Positions 11,463 through 24,430 of a stretch of DNA of 64,000 nt are shown piece by piece. Within the stretch, counting starts at the first letter, position 1. The number at the start of each line of letters is the position of its first letter. The DNA comes from Macrostomum lignano (lineage: Eukaryota). The position numbers and the translations under genes were made by a program. The stretch lies in contig NIVC01003954.1 of the NCBI GenBank assembly GCA_002269645.1, positions 1-64,000 of the forward strand, given 5' to 3'. Under the pieces are notes generated by a model. The model did no database searches. It saw only the letters and a program-made list of their open reading frames with translations, and was not told where the DNA came from.

Positions 11463-12137
11463 TTGATTCGTTGCTTTCTTCACTGGGCTTTTTCCACTTG
11501 CAGCTCTTGGAGACTTTTCCACAACGAAGTTGAAATCCTCACCAATCTGCTCAGCTACAATGGCTATCCTAAGAACTTTGTGATGAAAATTGTCAACTCT
11601 TTTCTCAATGACAAACTGACTGAACCTAATCGGATGAAAGTTCGTGATTCCACCTCTGAATGTCCCTTGATCACTTTGCCTTACTTTGGTGTTTGTTCTA
11701 TAGAGTTTAAAAAGAAGTTAGAAAAGCTGCTCCGTAAAGACTTAAACACTCAAATCCGTGTTGTGTTTCGCACCGAAAAGATTGCTAAGTTTGTCTGCAA
11801 GTTGAAATCCAGTGTTCCACGTCCTCTCGCGGCTGGTGTCGTGTATAAATTTGTTTGCTCTGAGGACCAGAGCATCTCCTACATAGGAAAAACTAAACGA
11901 CACTTATACACGAGGGTCAGAGAGCACTGGCTAAAAAACTCTGCTATTAACGAACACCTGCTAACCTGCAATTCTTGTTGTGAGGCTGAACCACACGAAA
12001 TGATAAAGGCTATTGATTTTTGTAATAGAGATCACATGCTCTGCCTATTAGAAGCCCTGTACATTAAGACCAAACAGCCCACGTTAAATAACCAACTTGC
12101 GATGGGTGGGGCTAGCCGTCAACTCAGAATTTTTTAG
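11463..12137 (+). CDS. PLE C-terminal RT thumb + GIY-YIG endonuclease (fragment)
   Basis: LLSYNGYPKNFV; GVVYKFVC...SYIGKTKRHLYTRVREH...LEALYIK.KQP.LN. Confidence 0.9.
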   Translation: MIRCFLHWAFSTCSSWRLFHNEVEILTNLLSYNGYPKNFVMKIVNSFLNDKLTEPNRMKVRDSTSECPLITLPYFGVCSIEFKKKLEKLLRKDLNTQIRVVFRTEKIAKFVCKLKSSVPRPLAAGVVYKFVCSEDQSISYIGKTKRHLYTRVREHWLKNSAINEHLLTCNSCCEAEPHEMIKAIDFCNRDHMLCLLEALYIKTKQPTLNNQLAMGGASRQLRIF

Positions 12138-12321
12138 CTGATTTGTCAATGACCGGACTGGCTTGAAACTGATATGCACTTTACCCAACCAATACTGTAT
12201 CAAAAATTGATTACTATGTACAAGTTTTAAACCATCAATTAAAAACTCAATTCAACTACTCTTGTTACTCTCAACTATCTATATATACTGAATATTCGTT
12301 CAAATTGTTTCTCAATAAAAA

Positions 12322-12365
12322 GACCCTGACGATGTCCTAATGCAAATGGACGAAATGCATCGGCA
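12322..12365 (+). ncRNA. Minimal type I hammerhead ribozyme in the PLE pLTR
   Basis: CTGACGA(t)-GTCC...GGAC-GAAA-TGCA-TC: conserved core, 4-bp helix II, palindromic helix III (ATGCAT), AUC cleavage triplet; helix I is weak. Confidence 0.72.
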
Positions 12366-13846
12366 ACTCAAATAATACTTCATGTTGATATTTACCTTTA
12401 TTTATCTACTCTTCATCAAGCGAGCCACTTTACCTGATTTCTATTTAAAATAGCTTTCAAAATCTTACCTCAATTCTTAATAATTAAATGTCTTATGTTT
12501 ATACATAGCATAAGTAAATAGACTTATTAAGGTTTTTACTGAATAAAAATAACAATAATAATAAGATTAGAAAATGATGATCCTAATTCTAAGAATAACA
12601 AAGAGCTTTCATCTAACCTCCCACTGAGCTTTAGTTAGTCATTCAAACAAGTATCTAATTTCATTTCGAGTATATCTGATTAGAAAGGCCATGCCTTATC
12701 TCAATTAGTGCCATTAGCATTTTTCAAGTTTGCACTCCATGCTTATAACTTTAAGGTGCAGCTCTACATTTTCATTGGCCAATTGTTCCACAGTTATATC
12801 TTGGGCTACCAGATCTATCTACAGTCAGCTATGAACATAGAGGTGAAAAATGTGTACAATAATATCAATATTGCTATATATTACCAAGTGGCAATATCCC
12901 AATTGTAACCACACAAGTCATGTAACCACAACAAAAACTATACAATGATGAATACCAAAATACAAATTGTTTCAAACATACAAGTAAATTACTTAATACC
13001 ATTGTGGCATGTGCACTAGTTTAGGAAGACAGTGGAGGATTTCAATGATGCGGCAGCAAGGGCAGTCTAAAGAAATCTTTGCCTAGTTTATCATCATCAT
13101 TTTCCTCTTGATCCTCTTCTTCCTTTGCTGCAACTTGTTGCTGCTTTTAGAGCTCCAGCACTTCTTGCTGCCTTTGCACATTCACTTGCTGAAACTTTAT
13201 TAGCTGTTGCTATCATTGCAATAGCCACTGTTGCTCCTCAAGCAGCCAATTGAATGTAGCAAGTCTGTTTTGCTAGGGTTAGGCATATCATTTTGTTGCA
13301 GTAATTGCTACTGCTGATATAGGTTCACTAGCAGAGCTCTGCTCAATTCCTAGTTGCTGTTGGTCTCCAAACTCTTCCTGTAAGTCTTCCAGGTAAGGTA
13401 TCAAAACCTTGCCTTGTCCTCTATCATATCTTCTTCTTCCTCCTGCTCATTATGCCAGTCTATACCTTTATACTCGTAGCTGCAAAAAGCAACTATACAG
13501 TAATATTCCTATCTTGACTGCATACAAGTATCTCCCACCATTGTGGCAATACCTGACCATTATTTATCAACTATTCGCAACCTAACCTAGCTGAGGAACT
13601 TCATTCACTTCCCTAGTTCAATTGATACAGATAAATCAAGTAGCTATAATTATATGTACATATGCAACAACAAAGCCTTTGTAGGATAAAATGAACAACA
13701 CAAGAAAAAGGTAATATCAAGCAGGACTAAAAAGCATATTGAGTGCTGGCAGTTGCCAAACTGGCTAACTATAGGTATAAAACATTTTGAAGCAAACAGC
13801 TTTTTTCTACATTTGTGTTAAATTTCTCTTGGAATAAAGTCTTTTA

Positions 13847-14789
13847 TGAGGGGTATTCCATAAGTACTTATACTTTTGCATGCTACTCATGAACAATGCA
13901 ATCAATCATTACAAGTTAGGTGTCTCTAGAAAGCAGCTTTTCCCTTCTACAATTTGCTACCAGAATCATTTGGTTCTGTCAGTTTTATCAAAAGTTACAA
14001 CTACATATGTAGAAAAAGGTCACCCATAGACTTACAAAAAATTTGGAGAAGAGTAATTGCAATATTAAACTGGGAACCCATCAAGCAGTCAGCTTGGCAA
14101 AGTCTATGTGTGATAAGTAGCAGTGCACAGTTTTGCTTGGGGTATCCAGCCTGTCTGCCATCTGATGAATAGTCAGCCAACAGTCTAGCAGATCCAGAAT
14201 TAGCTCAATAAGAGCATCAGAGCCCAATGTGCTAGGTTGGCCAGACCTGGGCAGATCAGCAACATTGGTCCTTCCTGCCTCAAACTGCTTAACCCAGTTG
14301 TAAACTGTCATCCTGCTTACCCCGCTAGCTCTATAAATGTTTCATAAATCTGAAAAGATCTCAGAGCACCTCTTTCCAAGCTTCTTAAGTGTGAAAATTG
14401 CAGCATGTAGTCCTTTTGAGTTCATATTCATGGTAATGCAGCAGCCAAGGTAGGTGATATGCTCTTCAAACAGCAAGAAAAAGCAGTGAAAATTTCTCAA
14501 GAAGTCACACTAACACTAAAAGTTTGACTTCTCAGCTAAGCTGAAGCGAGAATTTTCTATAGAGAAAAAATTTATGCCTTCAAGAAAGCAAAGGAAGGTG
14601 AACTAAAAATTTTTTGCAACATTTTTTCTTGTAAGTCTATGGGTGACCTTTTGCTACATATGTAGTTGTAACTTTTGATAAAACTGACAGAACCAAATGA
14701 TTCTGGTAGCAAATTGTAGAAGGGAAAAGCTGCTTTCTAGAGACACCTAACTTGTAATGATTGATTGCATTGTTCATGAGTAGCATGCA
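13847..14789 (-). mobile_element. Internally deleted mariner-type DNA transposon with long (~160 bp visible) inverted repeats
   Basis: Left end TA|TGAGGGGTATTCC is a mariner-like terminus. 13877-14037 is a near-perfect inverted repeat of 14629-14789. The interior encodes a transposase N-terminus on the minus strand (ATG ~14431, one stop, then VYNWVKQFEAGRTNVADLPRSGQP HTH region) without a DDD domain. Confidence 0.85.
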
Positions 14790-16368
14790 TATATGCAGAG
14801 ACAAACAGTACAGGTATACAAAAGCTGGATTTGAGGTAAATGCCTGATATATAGCTTATACATCATGCTGAAATTCAAACTTATTACTATACCTTTTCTT
14901 ATAATATACACATTTACCTAAAGTCTACAAGTACCTTAAAATGCATCACACGTGAAATCATAACAGATCAGACACCTAGAATAATTAATAACTAGAATGA
15001 CAATATAGGTCACAGGTCACAGGTCAAGCAAATACAGGTCACAAATCTTTTCCACAACTTCTTTTCACTGTACAAACCATAGCCACAGCATTTAGCTCAG
15101 TTAATTAGATGTCCAACCACAGCCTTGAATTAGTGACAGTTGGGACAAACTCTGTTGCTGAATAATAGCTGCAAAAGTGAGCAAAAAGTTTTTTTTAGAA
15201 TGCAACTAGCAATCTACGCCTCTCACTGGGGAGCCAAAGAAATGCAATACACATTTTTTAATAAGCTACATGTAGCCTTGAAATCTTAAAAAATCTCCTG
15301 TCAAACTTCTAACCCTAACTCTAACCATAACCCTAAATTTAATATTTTGTCCATGATTTTTATATGACGCTTCCATTATTTTTGCATGATGCTTTCATGA
15401 TTTTTACATGATGCTTCCATTATTTTTGCATGACGCTTCCATGATAAACATTTTTAATAAGCTACATGTGCTAAGTTATAAGCTACCCTAACCCTAACCC
15501 GAATCTTAACACAATAACCCTGAACCTAACCCTAAACCTAAACCCTAATACCAACCCTAACACTAACCCTACAGCCTGACATCTGCATAAGTTTGTGAAG
15601 TGCTAGTAGTATTTTTTAGCTTAGTATCTTAGCATTGGGGAGCCAAAAATGCAGTACAAGTTTTGTAATAAACTACATGTAGCATCTAATAGCCTACTGA
15701 GTTAGTAAAAAGCTAAGCACCTGTGATGCAACAGTCACCTCTTCATTGCATTTGATGCATTAAAGTTGTTAAAAAGTCACTAGAGTTGCCTTAGACATGT
15801 TAGAGTCACTAGAGCATGGTTTGCAACAACTCTCTAGTGACTCTTATCATGGTATCATTTTCAACAGGATGGCCAAAATAATTGTGGCATTTAATCAAAA
15901 TTTGGTTCTTATCTTTTTTTCTAAAAAAATATTGTTCCATTTTTTTGTTCCATTTGTTCCATTGTTCCATTATTGTCTAATTATTGTTAGACATTTATTA
16001 TTTGTTTTGGCTTTAGCTTATTATCCTTTTGCCCTAGTATAAAAAATAGCTTTCTATATTAGAATTTAATGATCATTTGATAAACTATATAACCTTACCT
16101 TTGGCCTTGGCCTTGAAATGGCACAATGACCTATAAGGGTCAAAATGCATTGGCAATAAAAAATAAAAAAACAAGTTAATTTTTGTTCTCTCCTTCGTGA
16201 CCAGTGCCATTTCAGGGGTTAGTGCATATATTCACATAATTATCATGTATGATATATTTTATTGACAAATTTTTAATTTCATGGTATTTTACTTTTTCTT
16301 ATATATGAGGTTTCACTAAACTAGACAAGAATAGCCTTAATTGTTAAAAATATGTCAATTTTGATGCC

Positions 16369-16569
16369 ATGCAAACAGCGCGCCAGTGCCAATTCAAGCT
16401 TGTGTTGCTGGGCGAATCGGCGGTTGGCAAATCGTCTCTAGTGCTCAGATTTGTCAAGGGCCAGTTTCACGAGTATCAGGAGTCAACCATCGGGGCGGCA
16501 TTTCTTACACAGACGGTTGTAGTTGACGATGTTACAGTGAAGTTTGAGATTTGGGACACGGCTGGTCAA
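16369..16569 (+). CDS. Rab5: Rab5 small GTPase, coding exon 1
   Basis: [44 protein letters not shown]...WDTAGQ followed by the donor CAA|GTAAGT (phase 0). Confidence 0.97.
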
Positions 16570-16649
16570 GTAAGTTTTTTTTAGTTTTTTATTTCATTCT
16601 TCCAATGTTAATTTTCATTTCTACGTTTTATAAATTCCTAAATCTGTTT

Positions 16650-18475
16650 CGTCCCATCAAGATCTCCCTGAATCCCATCAAGATCTCCCTGAATCCCATC
16701 AAGATCTCCCTGAATCCCCTCAAGATCTCCCGGAATCCCCTCAAGATCTCCCTGAATCCCCTCAAGATCTCCCGGAATCCCCTCAAGATCTTCCGGAATC
16801 CCCTCAAGATCTCCCTGAATCCCCTCAAGATCTCCCGGAATCCCCTCAAGATCTTCCGGAATCCCCTCAAGATCTCCCTGAATCCCCTCAAGATCTCCCT
16901 GAATCCCATCAAGATCTCCCTGAATCCCATCAAGATCTCCTGAATCCCATCAAGATCTCCCTGAATCCCATCAAGATCTCCCTGAATCCCATCAAGATCT
17001 CCTGAATCCCATCAAGATCTCCCTGAATCCCCTCAAGATCTCCCTGAATCCCATCAAGATCTCCCTGAATCCCATCAAGATCTCCTGAATCCCATCAAGA
17101 TCTCCCTGAATCCCATCAAGATCTCCCTGAATCCAATCAAGATCTCCCTGAATCCCATCAAGATCTCCCGGAATCCCATCAAGATCTCCCTGAATCCCCT
17201 CAAGATCTCCCGGAATCCCGTCACGATCTCCCTGAATGACCCCAAGATCTCCCTGAATGACCCTAAGATCTCCCTGAATCCCATCAAGATCTCCCTGAAT
17301 CCCATCAAGATCTCCCGGAATCCCATCAAGATCTCCCTGAATCCCCTCAAGATCTCCCGGAATCCCCTCAAGATCTCCCTGAATCCCCTCAAGATCTCCC
17401 GGAATCCCGTCACGATCTCCCTGAATGACCCCAAGATCTCCCTGAATGACCCTAAGATCTCCCTGAATCCCATCAAGATCTCCCTGAATCCCAGTCAAGA
17501 TCTCCCTGAATGACCCCAAGATCTCCCTGAATGACGCCAAGATCTCCCTGAATAACGCCAAGATCTCCCTGAATCCAATCAAGATCTCCCTGAATAACGC
17601 CAAGATCTCCCTGAATCCAATCAAGATCTCCCCGAATCACGCCAAGATCTCCCTGAATCCAATCAAGATCTCCCGGAATCCCATCAAGATCTCCCGGAAT
17701 CCCGTCACGATCTCCCTGAATCCCATCAAGATCTCCCTGAATCCCATCAAGATCTCCCTGAATCCAATCAAGATCTCCCCGAATCACGCCAAGATCTCCC
17801 TGAATCCAATCAAGATCTCCCTGAATCCCATCAAGATCTCCCTGAATCACACCAAGATCTCCCTGAATCCCATCAAGATCTCCCTGAATCCCATCAAGAT
17901 CTCCCTGAATCCAATCAAGATCTCCCTGAATCCCATCAAGATCTCCCTGAATCCCATCAAGATCTCCCTGAATCCCAGTCAAGATCTCCCTGAATGACCC
18001 CAAGATCTCCCTGAATCCAATCAAGATCTCCCTGAATCACGCCAAGATCTCCCTGAATCCAATCAAGATCTCCCTGAATCCAGTCAAGATCTCCCTGAAT
18101 GACGCCAAGATCTCCCTGAATCCAATCAAGATCTCCCTGAATCCAGTCAAGTTCTCCCTGAATCACGTCAAGATCTTCCTGAATCAAATCAAGATCTCCC
18201 TGAATCCCATCAAGATCTCCCTGAATCCCATCAAGATCTCCCTGAATCCAGTCAAGTTCTCCCTGAATCCAATCAAGATCTCCCCGAATCACGCCAAGAT
18301 CTCCCTGAATCCAATCAAGATCTCTCGGAATCCCATCAAGATCTCCCGGAATCCCGTCACGATCTCCCTGAATCCCATCAAGATCTCCCTGAATCCCATC
18401 AAGATCTCCCTGAATCCAATCAAGATCTCCCCGAATCACGCCAAGATCTCCCTGAATCAAATCAAGATCTCCCTG
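16650..18475 (+). repeat. 21-bp minisatellite (ATCAAGATCTCCCTGAATCCC)n filling the Rab5 intron
   Basis: ~85 tandem units; source of the GFREIL/IQGDL pseudo-ORFs. Confidence 0.96.
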
Positions 18476-18660
18476 AATGTTCAGATCATGAATCTTTAGT
18501 AGAGCTTCCTGAATCCTAAAAAGCCTTTCCAAATACTCATATAGATGACTCAAAATCTAAATGAGATCTTCCGAAATCCCCATAAAATCTCCAATGGGAG
18601 CCACCAGATTTACACAATCGCCCAACTCACACCGGAGTGACATGAACACCCACCCCGCAG

Positions 18661-19092
18661 GAGCGGTACCACTCGCTGGCTCCAATGTACTACCGAGGCG
18701 CCCAAGCGGCCATTGTAGTGTACGACGTGACCAGCTCCGATTCGTTTCAACGAGCCAAATCTTGGATTCGCGAGCTGAACGAAAAAGCCACCGCGGTAAA
18801 GGTAGTCGCTTTAGCCGGCAACAAAGTCGATCTTCAACAGCAGCGGCTGGTCGACTTAACTGAGGCTCAGCAGTTCGCCGACGACAAAGGCTTGATCTTC
18901 ATGGAGACCAGTGCCAAGACGGCTATGAATGTCAACGATCTGTTTCTGTCTGTTGCTAAGCGGCTGGCTCAACTGGGCGACGCGGCTGGCGGCATCGGCG
19001 GCGGCGCCGGAGGTGGCGCTAGCGGCGGCCAGCGGCTGCAGCAGGGCGGCGGCTCCGGCGACTCCGGGCGCGGGTCGTCCTGCTGCAAATAA
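18661..19092 (+). CDS. Rab5: Rab5 small GTPase, coding exon 2
   Basis: Acceptor CCCGCAG|GAG gives in-frame [22 protein letters not shown]...GNKVD...METSAK...Gly-rich tail...SSCCK* (di-cysteine prenylation site). The spliced product is 210 aa. Confidence 0.97.
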   Translation, partial: ERYHSLAPMYYRGAQAAIVVYDVTSSDSFQRAKSWIRELNEKATAVKVVALAGNKVDLQQQRLVDLTEAQQFADDKGLIFMETSAKTAMNVNDLFLSVAKRLAQLGDAAGGIGGGAGGGASGGQRLQQGGGSGDSGRGSSCCK

Positions 19093-21609
19093 TCGACTTC
19101 TATACTGACTTAACTGACCCACACTGTTCACAAACTTTGTGTTCGAGGCACAGTGACACAGGCAGATTTCATAAGCAAAAATAGAACGGCAAATTCTTTA
19201 ATTAATTAATAATGTGCTTGCAGGGTTTTATTTATTAAGTTAGATTTATAAAGAAAAATGATGTATTCGGACATATTTGCACTTTTTTTAGTTAAAAGTG
19301 TCGTCTGTCCATGTTTCTGGGGGCTTCACTCCAGCGCGAGATCTCTTCTCTGTCTGTCTCTATCGCTCTCAGTGCGTTTTTTGCTTTCTTGAAATATGTG
19401 AAAGTATACGAATATAATCATCTACGTTTAGTAAGCACCTGTCGTGTTCGTATTCAGTATATTTTGTTATCTTTTTTTCCTGTGTTTCTTTCTTATCCAG
19501 TCTACAGCCGCTTATAATAATGATAACTGATATTGGTGTCACTTTTCTTCACATATTTACATTCTTTTGTAAAATGAGATTTACTACTACTTTCTAACCA
19601 TTCAGTAGCGAGTAAATATATAGCAGTTACTTTTTGGAGGAAGGCGCGAAGTTGGGCTTCTTTCTAAACGAGAGAATCGCGAGACAAGTTTTACGAAACA
19701 AGTGCTAGATCAAATGTACATTGCCCACGCCCGGCAGGCAGTGTACATTTTAGCTTGGCCCAGTGGGGGGGGGGTTGGGCAATAAATCGGGGCGCGGGGT
19801 TTGTATGGAAGAAAAGCGCACGAACAGATAAGGGAGAGGGCAATAAAGAAAATTAGCTGACAGGAATCACGTGACGTGAACTAATGTACATTGCAGTGTA
19901 CATTTAATCCTTGCCCAACGCGGGGGTAAGGTTGGATATGAAAACAATGTTTAATGCTACTAAATTGTTAAGTAGCTTAAACGAACAAAGTTAATTTAAT
20001 TATAAATTGGGTGTTTTTCTTTACGATTCTGCTAAACTAATATTAATTACAAATTAAATCTTCTCGTTAATAATTGCATTGATTTCAGAGCAAATTTTTC
20101 CTGTCCTCAATGATGCTAATATCTGTTTAAATTTGTCTTTTCTGTTGCTTTCGGCTTTCCTGCTTCTGTTGGCAACACATTAAGATAAAATATATGAAGT
20201 TTGCTTACACTACTGCTTTCCTATTGTTAGTAGTTGCTTTTGCTTAACGTCCCTCTTTCACTTCTTAATCTAAATTCTTCAAGGTAGATAGTACGAATGG
20301 AAATAAGCGCGCCATACCACTTATTATTAAAGTTGGTAAGAAGAGTGTTTAGCACATGCACTGTTCATTTTATGTAGATATTGAAAATTGCAATTCTTTT
20401 GTAAAAAAAATCACTAAATTCTAACCATAACAATGACATTGCGAGACTAATATTTTTACTAACAAGAACTCGCACGCGTGCTTACGTTCTGGTCTGCTTT
20501 TTTCTACCTCTCTCTCTAAATTCTTTCTTCATCTTAGTCTCAACTTGAACTCTCTCTCAGTCTCTGCTTCTGTTTATGTAGATTCTTCAGATGCTTGCCC
20601 TGGGGTACAACTCATTGTTGTTGGAGCTAAAATGTTAGACACTTTTGGTGTACTTATAGTAGTATATTTCTAGTTTAGTAGTGTAGACCTGCTTTTCGTT
20701 TTTTTGTCCCACCTTTTGTTTTCCTGTCTGCCTGTCTCCTGTTCACTATTCAGTATATAATATAAGAAATTGAAATTTATTATTTTTACTACACATATTA
20801 CTCTCAATACTGTGTTCGTTCATTTATTGCCATCTGCCCCTCTGCACAGTAAACTCGACCAGATGCTTGTACAAATTTTCAGTCGCTGCAGTCGGAAAGG
20901 AAGATAAAGTGTCGCGTTCGAGATTTAACCTTTATTGTTGGCGTTATCAGTGATTGAAATTAGCTTCAATTAGAAATTAGTGATTGAAATTGAAATAGGG
21001 CAAATCCCGAGCTGTTTAATCCTCAGTTTATGTTTTTTCTTCCTACGAGCGTACAAATATATAATTAATATTTCTACGTGTTACATATGCAGTAATATTA
21101 ATACAAAGTAACAGTTAATATTATATTACTACTATTAATACACGATGGCATGAGGCATGGCAGAAATTTTCTCCTGTGAAGTCTGCTATCTGCAGGCTTA
21201 TAATTGCATATATATTCTATTATTAATAAATATACATTATATTATGCATATATTCATCCAAACAATTACGAAGCTTTGTTGTGTCTTTGAAATGTGCTTC
21301 TTTTTACTCTCTTTTGTGGTTGTGTGCATCGATAGGTGGTTTAATAAGCGCAGCTATAAATATGACATCTTCTAAAAGAGAGAAGTTGGCGGAAATTGCT
21401 TTAGGAAAACTTTGCGATAACCTATACTCAATGCGGCCCTTTTTGGCTCCCACTACGCTTAAATACTGTACGAGGCGTTTATTGGGTTGGCCTAAATTAA
21501 GTACTTTGTATTATTCCTATCGAAGTCAAAGTCCTATCGTTAGTGCCACTTTTAAAATATTTGGGTGCCAGAGCGAGGACGGCGCACTAGCCAAGGCAAT
21601 GCAAAAGAT

Positions 21610-21950
21610 GCAGGACGCCCGGGCGGTCATCGAGTGCCACTTTTCAAATCTATGGGTGCCATTTTGAGAGGTCATGGAGTGCCATTTTTTCAAATCTATG
21701 GGTGCCAGAGCGGTCATCGAGTGCCACTTTTCAAATCTATGGATGCCATTTTGAGCGGTCATCGACTGCCGCTTCAAATTTATAAATGCCATTTTTTGTA
21801 GTCATTGAGTGCGACTTTTTTAATCTATGGATGCCCTTTTGTGCGGTCAAGTGCCACTTCAAATCTGCATGTACAGTATGAGTGCCATTTTGAGCGGTCA
21901 TCGAGTGCCACTTTTCAACTCTGTGCATGAAGGTGCCATTTTGAAAGGTA
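21610..21950 (+). repeat. Degenerate ~65-bp tandem repeat (GCGGTCATCGAGTGCCACTTTTCAAATCTATGGGTGCCATTTTG)
   Basis: 4-5 diverged copies. Confidence 0.75.
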
Positions 21951-22309
21951 ATCTAGTGCCACTTTACACTTTTGGTTAGATCCAGATAGGCCTGATGCGA
22001 GGCGTTTATTTCTGTTTCGGTGCATCGACATCAAATGGCTTCTTTCGCTCTGCTGAACTCTGCAGTGCGTCCACTGATTGCAGCTCACAATGTAACTGAT
22101 TATGATTATTACTGCCGCATCAAGGATGCACTCTAATTAACGGTTATCGGAAATCACTGACCGAACTGAGCTGTGGTTGGAGGGCACTGTAAAGACAGGT
22201 GAAGTGAGAATTGGCAATGCGCATGTACATTTACATGTACATTCAGGTGGGAGCAATAAGACCGGCGCTCAATGCTACTTCCTTTCTGATCTTTAAGTAT
22301 GATAAACTT

Positions 22310-23020
22310 GACCTGGATCCCTGACCACCTGACCCAGATGTCTCTTAGATCCCTGACCACCTGGACCCAGATGTCTCTTAGATCCTTGATCACCTGGACC
22401 CAGATGTCTCTTAGATCCTTGATCACCTGACCCAGATGTCTCTTAGATCCTTGATCACCTGGACCCAGATGTCTCTTAGATCCTTGATCACCTGGACCCA
22501 GATGTCTCTTAGATCCTTGATCACCTGGACCCAGATGTCTCTTAGATCCTTGATCACCTGACCCAGATGTCTCTTAGATCCTTGATCACCTGGACCCAGA
22601 TGTCTCTTAGATCCTTGATCACCTGACCCAGATGTCTCTTAGATCCTTGATCACCTGGACCCAGATGTCTCTTAGATCCTTGATCACCTGAGCCAGATGT
22701 CTCTTAGATCCTTGATCACCTGAGCCAGATGTCTCTTAGATCCTTGATCACCTGACCCAGATGTCTCTTAGATCCTTGATCACCTGACCCAGATGTCTCT
22801 TAGATCCTTGATCACCTGACCCAGATGTCTCTTAGATCCTTGATCACCTGGACCCAGATGTCTCTTAGATCCTTGATCACCTGACCCAGATGTCTCTTAG
22901 ATCCTTGATCACCTGGACCCAGATGTCTCTTAGATCCTTGATCACCTGAGCCAGATGTCTCTTAGCTCCTTGACCACCTGACCCAGATGTCTCAAATCCT
23001 TGACCACCTGACCCAGATGG
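22310..23020 (+). repeat. 35-36 bp minisatellite (CCCAGATGTCTCTTAGATCCTTGATCACCTG[G]A)n
   Basis: ~20 tandem units. Confidence 0.95.
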
Positions 23021-23569
23021 CCCCAAAACACATTGAGTCTGTTGCAAAATGCAAACTCCTAAATTAATTTATAAGCAATATAGAATTAAATATTAGATTA
23101 CCTGGCATAAAAAAGTACATTGTTACTGCCTTGAAGGGAGGGAGGCACTTCATTATCTCGCTTCGCTGCGCCATCCTATCGAGTGTCCGTTGGTTGTGGT
23201 TTTTTTCCTTCAATTAACCTCACAAGCTCGGCTTGTTTTGCATAAAGTCCCTGAGACAGAGAAAATTGAGTTAAGCCACGCGATTGAGAATTGCGATGTT
23301 GAGATATATGTAACTTTATCAAATTCAAAAGGTTTGAGTCGGCTGATTGTCTATTGAATTAGGGGGGGGGGGGCTTTGATTGTGAAATTTTTCCCGCTAC
23401 CTGGGTAGAAGAGAATCTTTAAGCGACTATAGAGAATGAGATGGAGTGACTGAGACAGCTGTAAACATTTATTTAAGTCGCAATGTACTTTAAATAATGA
23501 GATAATGGTATTTAGTGCATGCAATGGGAAATACTAGTTTGGTGCGAAATGTGCAAGGTAAGACTGGGA

Positions 23570-24430
23570 AAATTAGTGAGGGAGAGTGAGGGAGAGAGGG
23601 GGGAGAGGGGGAGAGGGGGAGAGTGAGTGAGGAAGAGGGGTGAGTGGGAGAGAGGGTGAGTGAGTAAGAGAGGGGTGAGTGAGGGAGAGAGGGTGAGTGA
23701 GGGAGAGAGGGTGAGTGAGGGAGAGAGGGTGAGTGAGGGAGAGAGGGGTGAGTGAGGGAGAGAGGGTGAGTGAGGGAGAGGGGGGTGAGTGAGAGAGAGG
23801 GGGTGAGTGAGAGAGAGGGGGTGAGTGAGGGAGAGAGGGGTGAGTGAGAGAGAGAGGGGGAGAGGGGAAAAGGAGGACAGGGGGAGTGAGGGAGAGAGGG
23901 TGAGTGAGGGAGAGAGGGGGTGAGTGAGGGAGAGAGGGAGAGAGGGGGAGAGGGGAAGAGGGAGTGAGGGAGAGAAGGGTGAGTGGGAGAGAGGGTGAGT
24001 GAGGGAGAGAGGAGTGAGTGAGGGAGATCAGAGGGGTGAGTGGGAGAGGGGGTGAGTGAGGGAGAGAGGGGGAGAGGGGAAAAGGAGGAGAGGGGTGAGT
24101 GAGGGAGAGAGGGGGAGAGGGGAAAAGGAGGAGAGGGGTGAGTGAGGGAGAGAGGGTGAGTGAGGGAGAGAGGGTGAGTGAGGGAGAGAGGGGTAGAGGG
24201 GAAAAGGAGGAGAGGGGTGAGTGAGGAAGAGAGGGGTGAGTGAGGGAGAGAGGGTGAGTGAGGGAGAGGGGGTGAGTGAGGGAGAGAGGGGGAGAGGGGA
24301 AAAGGAGGAGAGGGGTGAGTGAGGAAGAGAGGGGTGAGTGAGGGAGAGGGGGTGAGTGAGGGAGAGGGGGTGAGTGAGGGAGAGGGGGTGAGTGAGTGAG
24401 AGAGGGGGATAGGGTGAGAGGAGTGAATGG
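23570..24430 (+). repeat. Purine-rich satellite (GAGTGAGGGAGAGAGGG)n
   Basis: Irregular tandem units. Confidence 0.9.

Larger units (their letters stand above)
11372..12430 (+). mobile_element. 5'-truncated Penelope-like element with an inverted pLTR fragment at its 5' end
   Basis: RT-thumb + GIY-YIG ORF; 11372-11427 is the reverse complement of 12338-12393 in the 3' pseudo-LTR. Confidence 0.88.

Noticed and set aside
12900-13600. Possible decayed gag-like remnant on the minus strand
   Set aside because: Many stops and no recognisable motif; cannot be supported from sequence alone.
15290-15575. AACCCT-like runs as an interstitial telomere or fusion site
   Set aside because: Short, degenerate, single-orientation and interspersed with another small repeat; more likely part of a dispersed element.
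16551-18553. Collagen-like (IQGD) and GFREIL ORFs
   Set aside because: Lie wholly in the Rab5 intron defined by canonical GT/AG; they are readings of the 21-bp repeat.
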